Shown: positions 37,141 to 46,006, counted from the first letter of the stretch. The stretch: 64,000 nucleotides of DNA from Candidatus Woesearchaeota archaeon (GCA_021735165.1 JAIPHP010000002.1:5491-69490); one strand, 5' to 3'. Notes: generated by a model from the letters alone, not told the origin. Numbers and translations are program-made.

Positions 37141-37988
37141 ACAACATTTATTATGTCGTCTACTTTGCAGCCTCTGCTTAAATCATTGACTGGTTTGTTC
37201 AGTCCTTGACTTATTGGACCTATTGCTTTATATCCTGCTAGTCTTTCCACTAACTTGTACGCTATGTTTCCAGAATTTAAGTCTGGAAAAATTAGTATTG
37301 TTGAGTTCCCTCTTATTTCAGAATTCGGATTTTTTTGTTTTGCTATCATTGGTTCTATTGCTGCATCTACTTGTATTTCTCCATCTATAGGTATTTCTTT
37401 ATGGTTTTTTTTAGTAATTTGCACGGCTTTTTTTATTTTTTCTAAACAGGGATGTTTTGCAGATCCTTTCGTGCTGAATGAAAGAAATGCTACTCTTGGA
37501 ATAATATTTAGTTGTTTTGCTGATCTTATAGTTTCTGTTGCTATTTCTGCTAGCATTTCTTCATCAGGGTCTATATTTAACGCGCAATCTGTGAATAAAA
37601 ATGATTTTTTTTCTTCTGCCATCAAAAAATATGTGGATGCTTTTTTGTTTTTTTTTCCTATTATTTTAAATGCTGTTTTGTAAAGTTCCGCTGTTGTAAT
37701 TGTTGCCCCACCTACTAATCCGTCTGCTTTTTCTTGTTTTAGTAATTTTAGTCCTTCTTCTATTCCTTTTGCTTGTATTACTTTTACTTTTTCTAAGTTT
37801 ATTTGGTGTATTCTTGCTTTTCTTTCTATGTTTGCTTTGTCCCCAGTCAATATTATGTTTGCTAAATTCATATCCGTTATTTTTTTTGCTGCTTCCAGTA
37901 TTCTTTGGTCATTGCCTTCTGGCAGAATTATTGTTTTTTGAAGTTTTTTAGCTTTTTCTCTTAATTCTTGTATTATTCTTGGTTCCAT
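37110..37988 (-). CDS. pta: Phosphate acetyltransferase (phosphotransacetylase)
   Basis: Close match along the whole length to short-form Pta: FTDCALNIDPD, PRVAFLSFSTKGSAKHP and GPISQGLNKPVNDLSRGC. Confidence 0.85.
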   Translation of the reverse strand: MEPRIIQELREKAKKLQKTIILPEGNDQRILEAAKKITDMNLANIILTGDKANIERKARIHQINLEKVKVIQAKGIEEGLKLLKQEKADGLVGGATITTAELYKTAFKIIGKKNKKASTYFLMAEEKKSFLFTDCALNIDPDEEMLAEIATETIRSAKQLNIIPRVAFLSFSTKGSAKHPCLEKIKKAVQITKKNHKEIPIDGEIQVDAAIEPMIAKQKNPNSEIRGNSTILIFPDLNSGNIAYKLVERLAGYKAIGPISQGLNKPVNDLSRGCKVDDIINVVCITAIQAGK

Positions 37989-38203
37989 ATTGTTGCTTGA
38001 TGAGTGCAGGTATATAAATTTTTATTTATTTTATGCGCATATAATAAAATTTTGCAGCAAAAAATCAAAGAATCTTATAATTTGTTAAAAAAAAATGCTG
38101 AAATGAGATTTTTTGATTATTTGTATTGTTTTTTCTTTTAATTTTGTTTTAAGATTGCAATAAATTGTTTTGTGCATTCTTTTTATTTTTAGAAAAAAAG
38201 GAG

Positions 38204-38324
38204 TGCGGGGGAAGGGATTCGAACCCTCGAACACACTAAGTGACAGGATGTCTCATACACGTATGAGTGTCATTTTTGGTGAAGCTTAAGTCCTGCGCAT
38301 TTGACCAGGCTTTGCTACCCCCGC
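38204..38324 (-). tRNA. tRNA-Leu(UAA) with a ~35-nt intron
   Basis: The reverse complement gives GCGGGGG-TA-GCAAAGCCTGGTCAAATGC-G-CAGGA-CTTAAG-[intron]-A-TCCTG, then a long variable arm, then GAGGG-TTCGAAT-CCCTT-CCCCCGC-A. Confidence 0.75.
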
Positions 38325-38397
38325 ATTTATGTCTTTTTTCTTTTAGAAACTGGTAATTTATTTATAAAAGTTTGTTTATTTACAACATACTTAATTT

Positions 38398-38859
38398 TTA
38401 ACATTTTGAATATTGATTTATTGTTTTTTGATTAGTTGTTTCTATAAGTGTTGTTAGTGAGTAGTCTTGCACCAGTATTTTTGTTTGAATTTCATTTCTT
38501 GATCCTTCTTTTTCAAGTATTATTAAGTAAGGGTTTTCTTCTTCGTATTTGTATATTGTTTTATCTTTATGGCATTTTTTTATTTTTACATTTTCTTGTT
38601 CTTGTATTGTTTTTTGCGATGCTAGTTTCGCTGTTTTTTTATTGGTAAATAACGTTTGTGTTATTTTATAGTTTTCACAGACATATTGAGTGAATGTTTG
38701 GATGTATGGTGTTGAGTTATTTATTTGATTTGTCTGTTCACATTCTATTTTGGGAATATTTTGCAGCGTGTATTTTTCATAGTTGTTTAGTCCTGTTGCA
38801 ATTATTAGTATTGTTATGATTATGATCATTATTATATTTAGTTTTTTGTTTTGTTTCAT
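38398..38859 (-). CDS. Membrane-anchored hypothetical protein
   Basis: N-terminal transmembrane helix (IIMIIIITILIIATGL) and a Cys-containing extracytoplasmic region. Confidence 0.4.
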   Translation of the reverse strand: MKQNKKLNIIMIIIITILIIATGLNNYEKYTLQNIPKIECEQTNQINNSTPYIQTFTQYVCENYKITQTLFTNKKTAKLASQKTIQEQENVKIKKCHKDKTIYKYEEENPYLIILEKEGSRNEIQTKILVQDYSLTTLIETTNQKTINQYSKC

Positions 38860-38900
38860 GCGTTGTTAGAAGTCTTATTTTTGTTTTAAGTTTTGTGTTT

Positions 38901-40139
38901 TTATTCTGTCAGTAGCGTTTTTATGTCTATTTCTTTGAATAGTTCATAATATTTTTTTACTTTTGGTATGTATTTTCTTGTTTCTTCTGGCAAGTATCCT
39001 GTTTTTAAGTATCTATTTCTGTTTGTTTGTCCTGCGTTGTAATCTATTAGTGCTAGAGTGAATAGTTCGTCTTCGCTGTATCCCTTTCCTTTAAGTTCTT
39101 CATATGAATTTTTAATGTGCATTATTCCTCCTTCCAAGTTTTGATTTATGTCATGTCGATCTACACCTAGTTTTTCTGCTGTGCTTTTTAATAACTGTCT
39201 TAGACCGTATGCTCCCATCCAGGATGTTGCTGTTGGGTTGAACATTGATTCTGTTGCAATTATTGCCATTTCTTTTGCTGGGTCTGTATCGTATTTTTCA
39301 CACAAGTTTAAGAAGTTTGTCGGTTTGAGGACTTTTTTTGCACGATTTAATATTTTTTCAGTAAGTGTTAGTTTTTCATAGTTTCCAGATATTATTTGTT
39401 TTGCTTCTATGAGCGAGTATCCGTTTTCTATTAGATTTTTCTTTTTTATATATTCATATATTGTTTCCTCGGGGTTTTTGTGTTTTTGATTCAAGAATTT
39501 TCTTAGGATTTTTAGCCTACTTTCGAATTGGTCTTTGTTTGTTGCTAAGTATTTTAGTTCTTTTTCATTAAAATCTCTTGTCATTCTTAGTTTGTTTATT
39601 ATTTCTATTTGCTTGAATTGTTTTTTTTCTTTTTTTGTTATTTTTGTTGTTTTATTTCCTGATTTTATTTCTATATATTTGTTAATTGTGTTTTCTAAAT
39701 AGTATTCTTTTAGTATATTGTTTATTTTTGATTCTTCATCTATTTTTCTTATGAATTTGTTTATGTCTTTTTTGAATTCTCTGATGCTTTTGGCTTTTTC
39801 GTTTTTATCGTAGATTATGTTTTGTATTTTATCTTTTATTTCTAGTATTGCATTTTCATCTTTGTAAATTATTGTGCTTAATGATTTTCTTAATGATTTT
39901 TTTAGTTCTTTTATGTTGTCTTGATCTAGTCTGTCGTCCAAGTATTTGTAGTATGTGTTTGTTATTTTCTTTGCTAATTTATCAGGGTTTGTGCTTTTGT
40001 ATGTTTGTACTGGTAGTTGTTTAGCGTTTGCTTCTTGAGGCGTTGTTTGTGTTATTGTTGTTGAGGATATTGGTGTTGTTGCTAGTATTATGCTTAGAAT
40101 TGCTTCATTTAATTTAATCATAATATGGGTTGCAACCAT
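38901..40139 (-). CDS. Lytic transglycosylase (SLT) domain protein, secreted or membrane-anchored
   Basis: C-terminal SLT motifs AIIATESMFNPTATSWMGAYGLRQL and ALIDYNAG. A long lysine-rich region precedes them, and the N-terminus has a hydrophobic anchor. Confidence 0.7.
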   Translation of the reverse strand: MVATHIMIKLNEAILSIILATTPISSTTITQTTPQEANAKQLPVQTYKSTNPDKLAKKITNTYYKYLDDRLDQDNIKELKKSLRKSLSTIIYKDENAILEIKDKIQNIIYDKNEKAKSIREFKKDINKFIRKIDEESKINNILKEYYLENTINKYIEIKSGNKTTKITKKEKKQFKQIEIINKLRMTRDFNEKELKYLATNKDQFESRLKILRKFLNQKHKNPEETIYEYIKKKNLIENGYSLIEAKQIISGNYEKLTLTEKILNRAKKVLKPTNFLNLCEKYDTDPAKEMAIIATESMFNPTATSWMGAYGLRQLLKSTAEKLGVDRHDINQNLEGGIMHIKNSYEELKGKGYSEDELFTLALIDYNAGQTNRNRYLKTGYLPEETRKYIPKVKKYYELFKEIDIKTLLTE

Positions 40140-40318
40140 TCATTTAAATATTTATCACTTATTAGTAAGTAAAATATCGATTATTTTCAAAAGATTTATA
40201 AATAATGCTTGTTTTCAGACAAATATAAGAGAAAAGAAGCGCATCGGCATGAACGAGATGTCGACTTTGGAAGAACGAATTCCATGGAAAAAAGATTTCT
40301 TTTCAAGAGGTTAAAAAA

Positions 40319-41827
40319 ATGAATAAAAAAAATGCTAATAATAGCAAAAATAATGAAAAAAAGGATTCTAAAGCAGAAGTTTTTCAACTTACTGAAGGAG
40401 ATTACTTTAAAGGGATAGTCAAGATTACAAGAAAAGTAGTTCCAGGCCCAGTAATATTTGTTGTTACAGATGGAACAGGCATGATAGATGCAAAAATTAA
40501 AGATTCTGATTTTGAGGAAAACGACGTTGTTTATATAGAAGGAAAAGTCAGTGAACGAGCTGGAAAGCTTCAAATTGATATCGATAAAATAAAAAAGGAA
40601 GAAAAGGATTTTGATTCTATTCTTGATGAAAAAGCAAATCCTGATTGGACTTCTTTTAGTATTAAATCTGATAGGTTTGAAATTATGAAAGACCACATGT
40701 TAAGGGTTGCTAAAAAAATAAGAAAAGCAGTTCTTAATAACAGACCCATAATTATAAGGCACCACAATGACAGTGATGGAATAAATTCAGGACTTGCTAT
40801 TGAACAGTCAATAAAGGGTTTGATGAAAGAAATAGGCGTAGATCCCAGTTATAATCTTTATAGAAGCCCTAGTAAAGCCCCTTTTTATGAAGTTACTGAT
40901 GTTTTTAAAGACTTGACAATGATAAAGCGACTTGAAGGATTTGATCAGATTAATCCTTTGTTGTTAGTTTTAGATAATGGCAGCACTCCAGAAGATGTTT
41001 TTGGTATGAAGACCATGAGCTTGATGGGTGTTGAAGTTATTGTTATAGACCACCATAATCCTGTCCAATTAGTGAATGGAAAAACGGCAGTTTGTCCTTA
41101 TTTAGTTGACCATGTTAATCCATACCTTTATGGCTTGGATTCTCAAACTAGCGCGGGAATGCTTTGTTATGAAATTAGTAGAATGATTTACAAAGGTTTT
41201 GATAATCCTTTAATGCCTGCGATTGCCGCCATAACAGATAGATGCGATATTTCTGAAACAAAAAGATATATTGAAAATGCAGGAAAAACAAGAGAAGAGT
41301 TAGGAAAGATGGGCGTGGCTATTGATTTTATGGCTTATCATTTTAAGTTTGACCCTGGAAAAGGTGTTTTTGAAGAGATTTATAAAAAACCTGATTTGGT
41401 TGATATGATAAATGAAAAAGTTAAACAAGGAACTGAAACTCAACTTCAATCAACACTCCCATATCTTAGAACGCAAGAGATAAACGGAGTTATTTTTTCA
41501 CATATTGATTTGGAAAAATATACTTTGAGATTCACATTTCCCGCTCCTGGAAGAGTTATCGGCGCAATTCACGATAAAGTTGTAGAAGATTATTCAAATA
41601 GTCCTGTTGTTTCTGTAGGGCATTTGTCTGATATGATTATTATTCGAGCTAATCAATTAGTTCTTCCGGTACAAAAAATTATTGAACGGCTGCAAAAAGA
41701 GTTTCCGGAAGCTAATGTCGATGGAGGAGGTCATGAACAAGCAGGAACTATTAAATTTGTGAGTGCGCACTTAACAGAAATTTTAGAAAGAATTAAACAA
41801 ATGCTTAAGGAAAGAAAAACAGAGTAA
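40319..41827 (+). CDS. RecJ-like DHH phosphoesterase (archaeal GAN / Cdc45-RecJ homolog) with an N-terminal OB fold
   Basis: DHH motifs IIRHHNDSDGINSG and VIVIDHHNP, plus a DHHA1-like C-terminal GGGH. Confidence 0.8.
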   Translation: MNKKNANNSKNNEKKDSKAEVFQLTEGDYFKGIVKITRKVVPGPVIFVVTDGTGMIDAKIKDSDFEENDVVYIEGKVSERAGKLQIDIDKIKKEEKDFDSILDEKANPDWTSFSIKSDRFEIMKDHMLRVAKKIRKAVLNNRPIIIRHHNDSDGINSGLAIEQSIKGLMKEIGVDPSYNLYRSPSKAPFYEVTDVFKDLTMIKRLEGFDQINPLLLVLDNGSTPEDVFGMKTMSLMGVEVIVIDHHNPVQLVNGKTAVCPYLVDHVNPYLYGLDSQTSAGMLCYEISRMIYKGFDNPLMPAIAAITDRCDISETKRYIENAGKTREELGKMGVAIDFMAYHFKFDPGKGVFEEIYKKPDLVDMINEKVKQGTETQLQSTLPYLRTQEINGVIFSHIDLEKYTLRFTFPAPGRVIGAIHDKVVEDYSNSPVVSVGHLSDMIIIRANQLVLPVQKIIERLQKEFPEANVDGGGHEQAGTIKFVSAHLTEILERIKQMLKERKTE

Positions 41828-42054
41828 TTCTCATTACTTGAGCATTTGTTGCATCAACATAATAACTTCTTTTTTTATAGAATTCTTTGGTTTTAGTTCT
41901 TCTTGTAAAAACTTAGATATATCATCGTATAGATGTAAAAAATGCACATAATTATTGGAATGCTTATGAATGATTAATTTTAGTTTTTGTTTTTGCTTAA
42001 CATCAAGTTCCACTTACAATCCCTGTGTATTCTTTTTCAACATTCTTTTTTGAA

Positions 42055-42163
42055 AGCCTCCGGCGAGAATTGAACTCGCGACCTCTACCTTTTTGCTAGC
42101 TGCGTTCAGATATCCTGGCCGCTGCCGTACCAAGGTAGCGCTCTACCGCTGAGCTACGGAGGC
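42055..42163 (-). tRNA. tRNA-Thr(GGU) with a ~37-nt intron
   Basis: The reverse complement gives GCCTCCG-TA-GCTC-AGCGGTA-GAGC-G-CTACC-TTGGTA-[intron]-A-GGTAG-AGGTC-GCGAG-TTCAATT-CTCGC-CGGAGGC-T. Confidence 0.7.
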
Positions 42164-42409
42164 ACAAATCGTGAGACTTTTATCGTATATATAAAATTTA
42201 CTCATTGAACGCATCGTTCTAAACATTTTGTTCATACATCAATTATGATTCAAGTCTTTAATTTCGCTTCGTTAAGTAGACTAAAATATTCTAATTTATT
42301 AATTTAAAGTCTTCTTTTCCTTTGTAAATACAATCTAATAATGAATTCAAGTATTCTCCTAAAAAAAATTCTCTTCCAGACGCTTACTTTAAGACATTTG
42401 TTGATTTTA

Positions 42410-42565
42410 GGGTGTGTCTCAAGTCTTTCTTTTTCGTATTGCGAAATATTGTTAGCTGTTTTGCAGTCTAAGTTTTTTACCGAAGAAACACATATCTTTA
42501 ACGTGTTCCACGTTGTGTTTCTCTCAATTGAGCTCTAGGGCAATACAGATATTTGGGACACACCC
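42410..42565. mobile_element. MITE-like element with terminal inverted repeats, copy 1
   Basis: Terminal inverted repeats GGGTGTGTC...GACACACCC. The 9-bp direct repeat TTGATTTTA lies at 42401-42409 and again at 42566-42574, as expected for a target-site duplication. The element is ~93% identical to 59811-59963. Confidence 0.55.
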
Positions 42566-42610
42566 TTGATTTTAAAAAAATTTTTAAATATAGGTTGCGG
42601 GGGTCTTCAC

Positions 42611-42958
42611 ATGTTAGAGTTTTGGAGAGAAATTCTTGGAATTGCAAATGTTTTCATAGGTTTGTTTGTTTTGGCGTTTGCTATTCTTTTTTTAAAAAAA
42701 ACAGCTCCTATGAACGATAGAAAGCCCTGGGTGATTTTATTTATAGCAGTGATTGTGTTTTTCTTTTTTCAGCTTTGTAAAATGATTGGCGTTTTTTCTT
42801 TTGGCATTTGGCCTGAATTGAGTGATTTTCTCCAAACATTGTTTATTGGATTAGTGTTATATGTGTTCATTTTCCAGTTCCATTTAATGCATAAGCAAGG
42901 ACGCATCATTGTAAAATCTAAAAATTATGGCAAAAAATTAATGAGAAAGAAGGTTTAA
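42611..42958 (+). CDS. Small polytopic membrane protein, hypothetical
   Basis: Three predicted transmembrane helices. A TATA-like tttttaaatata lies about 25 nt upstream of the ATG at 42611. The ORF track extends the frame to a TTG at 42566 inside the element's target-site duplication. Confidence 0.45.
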   Translation: MLEFWREILGIANVFIGLFVLAFAILFLKKTAPMNDRKPWVILFIAVIVFFFFQLCKMIGVFSFGIWPELSDFLQTLFIGLVLYVFIFQFHLMHKQGRIIVKSKNYGKKLMRKKV

Positions 42959-43008
42959 TTTCGAAACTTTTAAAAGACGCTTATTTATTCTTATGTCAAT
43001 CACTATCT

Positions 43009-43080
43009 GCGCGAGTAGTATAGTGGTTAGTATACGGCCTTGCCAAGGCTGTGACCTGGGTTCAAATCCCAGCTCGCGCA
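43009..43080 (+). tRNA. tRNA-Gly(GCC)
   Basis: 72-nt cloverleaf: GCGCGAG acceptor, anticodon arm CGGCC-TTGCCAA-GGCTG, T-arm CTGGG-TTCAAAT-CCCAG. Confidence 0.9.
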
Positions 43081-43083
43081 TAT

Positions 43084-43189
43084 GGGCCCGTAGCTTAGCC
43101 TGGTTGGAGCGCTGGTCTTATATGACTACGTTTCACGCGAATAGCTCGAAGAGAGCCAGTGGTCGGGAGTTCAAATCTCCCCGGGCCCA
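43084..43189 (+). tRNA. tRNA-Ile(UAU) (probable) with a ~31-nt intron
   Basis: GGGCCCG acceptor; D-arm GCTT/GAGC; anticodon stem CTGGT with loop CTTATA, then an intron (43123-43153), then A-GCCAG; T-arm GGGAG-TTCAAAT-CTCCC. Anticodon TAT sits at 43119-43121, assuming the canonical intron position. Confidence 0.55.
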
Positions 43190-43197
43190 TGAATTCA

Positions 43198-43249
43198 GTC
43201 AAGGGTTTCAAAGATTTAGGTCTTTGTTAATCCTTGACTTGTTTTTTTA
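43198..43249 (+). terminator. Hairpin plus oligo-T terminator after the tRNA-Gly/tRNA-Ile pair
   Basis: gtcaagg - 27-nt loop - ccttgac, followed by ttgttttttt. Confidence 0.4.
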
Positions 43250-43502
43250 TTCTTTTAGCATTATTTCAACCATTCTTTTTAGTTTTATTCTTCTTTCAAT
43301 CTTGTTTTTCTTTCAGGTAATCTTCCAACTCCTTTTTTTATTTTTTTGTTATTAATACTGGCTTTGATCACAACATGCCAAATCAGTTGATAATTTACTT
43401 TTTTATATATTAATTTTACATTACTTAAGAACAAAACTAAAGCAGTACGTTGGCTTATTAAAGAAATAACTTTATAAATGGAAAGTAAATCCGTTGGTTT
43501 AT

Positions 43503-43577
43503 GCCCCGTTGGTGTAGTCCGGCCAATCATTTTGCCCTTTCGAGGCAAAGACTCGGGTTCGAATCCCGGACGGGGCA
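43503..43577 (+). tRNA. tRNA-Glu(UUC)
   Basis: The D-arm TGGTGTAGTCCGGCCAATCAT is identical to typical archaeal tRNA-Glu; anticodon arm TTGCC-CTTTCGA-GGCAA; T-arm CGGGT-TCGAATC-CCGG. Confidence 0.85.
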
Positions 43578-43860
43578 CTTTACCATTCAGGTCTTGACTG
43601 CGAGTCATCCGCTTCTAAGGTGCCTTTGAAGGAGTCTTTCTTCGACATCAATTTTTATATTATGAGCGCCTTTTTGTTTCTATGAAAAGAACTATTGAAT
43701 TAGATGTTGATAAATTTTAGGAGACTTCTTTTTTGTTCTTTTCAAAATCAACTACATATTGTTTTTTGGTTTTGCCTTTTCTTGCTCTAAGAAATGCTAG
43801 CTCTAGATTTGTGTAAGTAAATAGTTCTTCGTAAGAGGCGGTGCTTTTTTTGGTTTGTTC

Positions 43861-43870
43861 GGGGGGGGGG
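43861..43870. repeat. G10 homopolymer tract
   Basis: Ten consecutive G in a ~30% GC genome, in an apparently non-coding stretch between the tRNA-Glu gene and the Cys-rich ORF. Confidence 0.9.
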
Positions 43871-44039
43871 CGAAGTCAATATAAGATTTTGTTTGGAATA
43901 GTCAAGCCATTAGAACTAGGATACTTATTTTTCAAATAACGCTCGTAAACTATTTAAATAGCCTGTTTTTCTATGTTTTTAGTGACCTATCAGGTCTTTT
44001 AAGCAGAGAGGGCACTACATTTAATAAAAAATAAATTCT

Positions 44040-44339
44040 GTGCATGGAGGGAAGCATAAAATGGATGAAGATTTTAAATTAGGATGTTGCGGCGGTCATT
44101 GTCATGATGAAGCTTGTGGCGAAGATTGTAGTTGTGAAGAAGATTCTGTTGAAGATAAAGTTGAGTATGCTAATGATAAAATTGATGCTTTGATAAGATT
44201 GTTATTAAAAAAGAATCTCGTTACAGAAGAAGAAATAGAGGAAGTTTATTCTGAGGTTGTCGGCGAAGATTTCGATGATGAAGATGAATCTGAGGAACGT
44301 TCTTCTGATTCTGAAATAAAACAACCGAATAATTTATAA
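44040..44339 (+). CDS. Small Cys/His-rich acidic protein, hypothetical (possibly metal-binding)
   Basis: N-terminal CCGGHCHDEACGEDCSC cluster followed by a D/E-rich tail. Confidence 0.45.
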   Translation: MHGGKHKMDEDFKLGCCGGHCHDEACGEDCSCEEDSVEDKVEYANDKIDALIRLLLKKNLVTEEEIEEVYSEVVGEDFDDEDESEERSSDSEIKQPNNL

Positions 44340-44391
44340 AGAAAAAACAACATAACAATATTTATATATTGGTATACATAAAAGGTATATT

Positions 44392-45177
44392 ATGGTAACT
44401 GTAGCTCAAAAACCGGAAATGCAAATAAGAGCAGGAAAAAGAAACGAACAAGCAATTATAAACATCTTAGTAGATCAAGATGAATTAACTTGGCAAAATA
44501 TAATTATGGAACTTATTAAATCCGAACAAATGGATCCCTGGAACATAGATGTTTCAATAATCTCAGAAAAATTCATTGGTCTTTTATCAAACATGAAAAA
44601 AATGGATTTTAGAATATCAGGCAAAATAATATTGGCAGCAGCTTTTTTCTTAAAACTAAAATCGGACAAATTATTAAACGAAGACATAGCAGCACTTGAT
44701 TCTTTGATAAACAGCACAGATAATCCCGATGAATTAATGGATTTAATGGAAGACTTTCCCGATCAAATACATTTAAAAGATAAAAACAATAAACCAACAT
44801 TAAAATATCGAACACCACAACCAAGAAAAAGAAAGGTATCTGTATATGACTTAATTAACGCGTTAGAAAAAGCTCTAGAAACAGAACAAAAAAGAATAAT
44901 AAGAATAAAACCCACCCCAAAAATAAAGCGACCAGCAAAATCAAAAGATATGACTATAATCATGAATGATTTATACCAACAAATAAGATTAACGCTAAAA
45001 AAAGTAAAAATTGTATGGTTTCATGAATTATTAACAACCACCGACAAATCAGATAAAATAACGGCATTTGTGCCTCTGTTACACTTAGATACTCAAAGAA
45101 AAATAGATATTGACCAAAAATCTCACTTTGGAGATATAAGCATCTCTTTAACAGGCATCATAAAGGATTATAATTAA
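44392..45177 (+). CDS. scpA: Segregation and condensation protein A (kleisin ScpA)
   Basis: N-terminal DPWNIDVSIISEKFIGLL...ISGKIILAAAFFLKLKSDKLL matches the ScpA N-terminal winged-helix region. Confidence 0.7.
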   Translation: MVTVAQKPEMQIRAGKRNEQAIINILVDQDELTWQNIIMELIKSEQMDPWNIDVSIISEKFIGLLSNMKKMDFRISGKIILAAAFFLKLKSDKLLNEDIAALDSLINSTDNPDELMDLMEDFPDQIHLKDKNNKPTLKYRTPQPRKRKVSVYDLINALEKALETEQKRIIRIKPTPKIKRPAKSKDMTIIMNDLYQQIRLTLKKVKIVWFHELLTTTDKSDKITAFVPLLHLDTQRKIDIDQKSHFGDISISLTGIIKDYN

Positions 45178-45325
45178 ACTAATATCTACTCAACACACAT
45201 TTATGACATTCTAAAACGCGCCATAACACTAACTAAAAGCAATTATCTTTAAATTTAAATGACAATTTAACAATAAAGACCTATTAAAGTAAACATTTTT
45301 ATAAGGGTATTTTTTTCCAATAAAT

Positions 45326-46006
45326 ATGAAAACAAAGATAATAGATTTCCAAAATAACAGCAACATAGGTTTATACGCCTACGTAAATGACAACATCATG
45401 CTAGTCGGAAAAGACATTCCTGAAGAGTATGATGAAGAACTAAAAAACATTTTTCAAGTTCCAATCTGCAAAACGACAATAGCAGGAGCATCATTTATCA
45501 ACGTATTTATAATAGGAGATGGCAAAAAAATAATGGTTCCAAGCATAATATTTGAAGAAGAACTTCAAGAACTAAAAAACATGAATCTCCAAGTAGAAGT
45601 ACTTGAAACAAAACAAACATGCTTGGGAAACAACATAATTATCGCCAAAGAAAAAATATTAGTAAATAATGATTTTACAGAGCCTCAAATAAAAAAAATA
45701 GAATCCTTTTTTGAAAAACCTGTAATAAAATTAAAAAATTTAAATTTAAAAGCAATAGGATCCTTAGTCGCAATAAATCACGCAAAACAAAAAGCAATCA
45801 TAGGAAACGACATAACTGATGAGCAGTATGATTTAATGAAAAATTTAATTGGATACGAACTTACGCCTAGCTCAATAAATATGGGAAGTCCATACTTAAA
45901 ATCAGGAATACTAGTCAATGTCAACGGTTTAGCCGTTGGAAAAGCAAGCGGAGGACCTGAAGTTGCAAATGCAGAAGAAGCTCTTGGAGGATTAGACAAT
46001 GACTGA
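45326..46006 (+). CDS. eif6: Translation initiation factor 6 (aIF6/eIF6)
   Basis: 226 aa with the five-fold pseudo-repeat and SNIG/ILVN...G patterns of eIF6. It sits in the conserved archaeal eif6-pfdA-ftsY neighbourhood. Confidence 0.8.
   Translation: MKTKIIDFQNNSNIGLYAYVNDNIMLVGKDIPEEYDEELKNIFQVPICKTTIAGASFINVFIIGDGKKIMVPSIIFEEELQELKNMNLQVEVLETKQTCLGNNIIIAKEKILVNNDFTEPQIKKIESFFEKPVIKLKNLNLKAIGSLVAINHAKQKAIIGNDITDEQYDLMKNLIGYELTPSSINMGSPYLKSGILVNVNGLAVGKASGGPEVANAEEALGGLDND

Noticed and set aside
34715-37189. Several 60-90-aa + ORFs inside the S8 protease gene, and the many 60-140-aa antisense ORFs listed within alaS, the repeat protein, ftsY and others
   Set aside because: These are antisense or shadow ORFs inside long, well-supported genes. 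AT-rich sequence generates them by chance, and none has a recognisable motif.
42341-42538. 65-aa + ORF
   Set aside because: It lies entirely inside the MITE-like repeat element. The same frame is not preserved in the second copy, so it is spurious.
43084-43189. Alternative reading of the intron-containing tRNA as tRNA-Met/Ile2 (CAU)
   Set aside because: With the only well-paired anticodon stem (CTGGT/GCCAG) the loop begins CTTATA. No CAT is available at positions 34-36 unless the intron is non-canonical. I kept UAU but lowered confidence.
43285-43608. 107-aa minus-strand ORF
   Set aside because: It runs antisense across the tRNA-Glu gene and a clean terminator hairpin. Its composition and position point to a spurious ORF.
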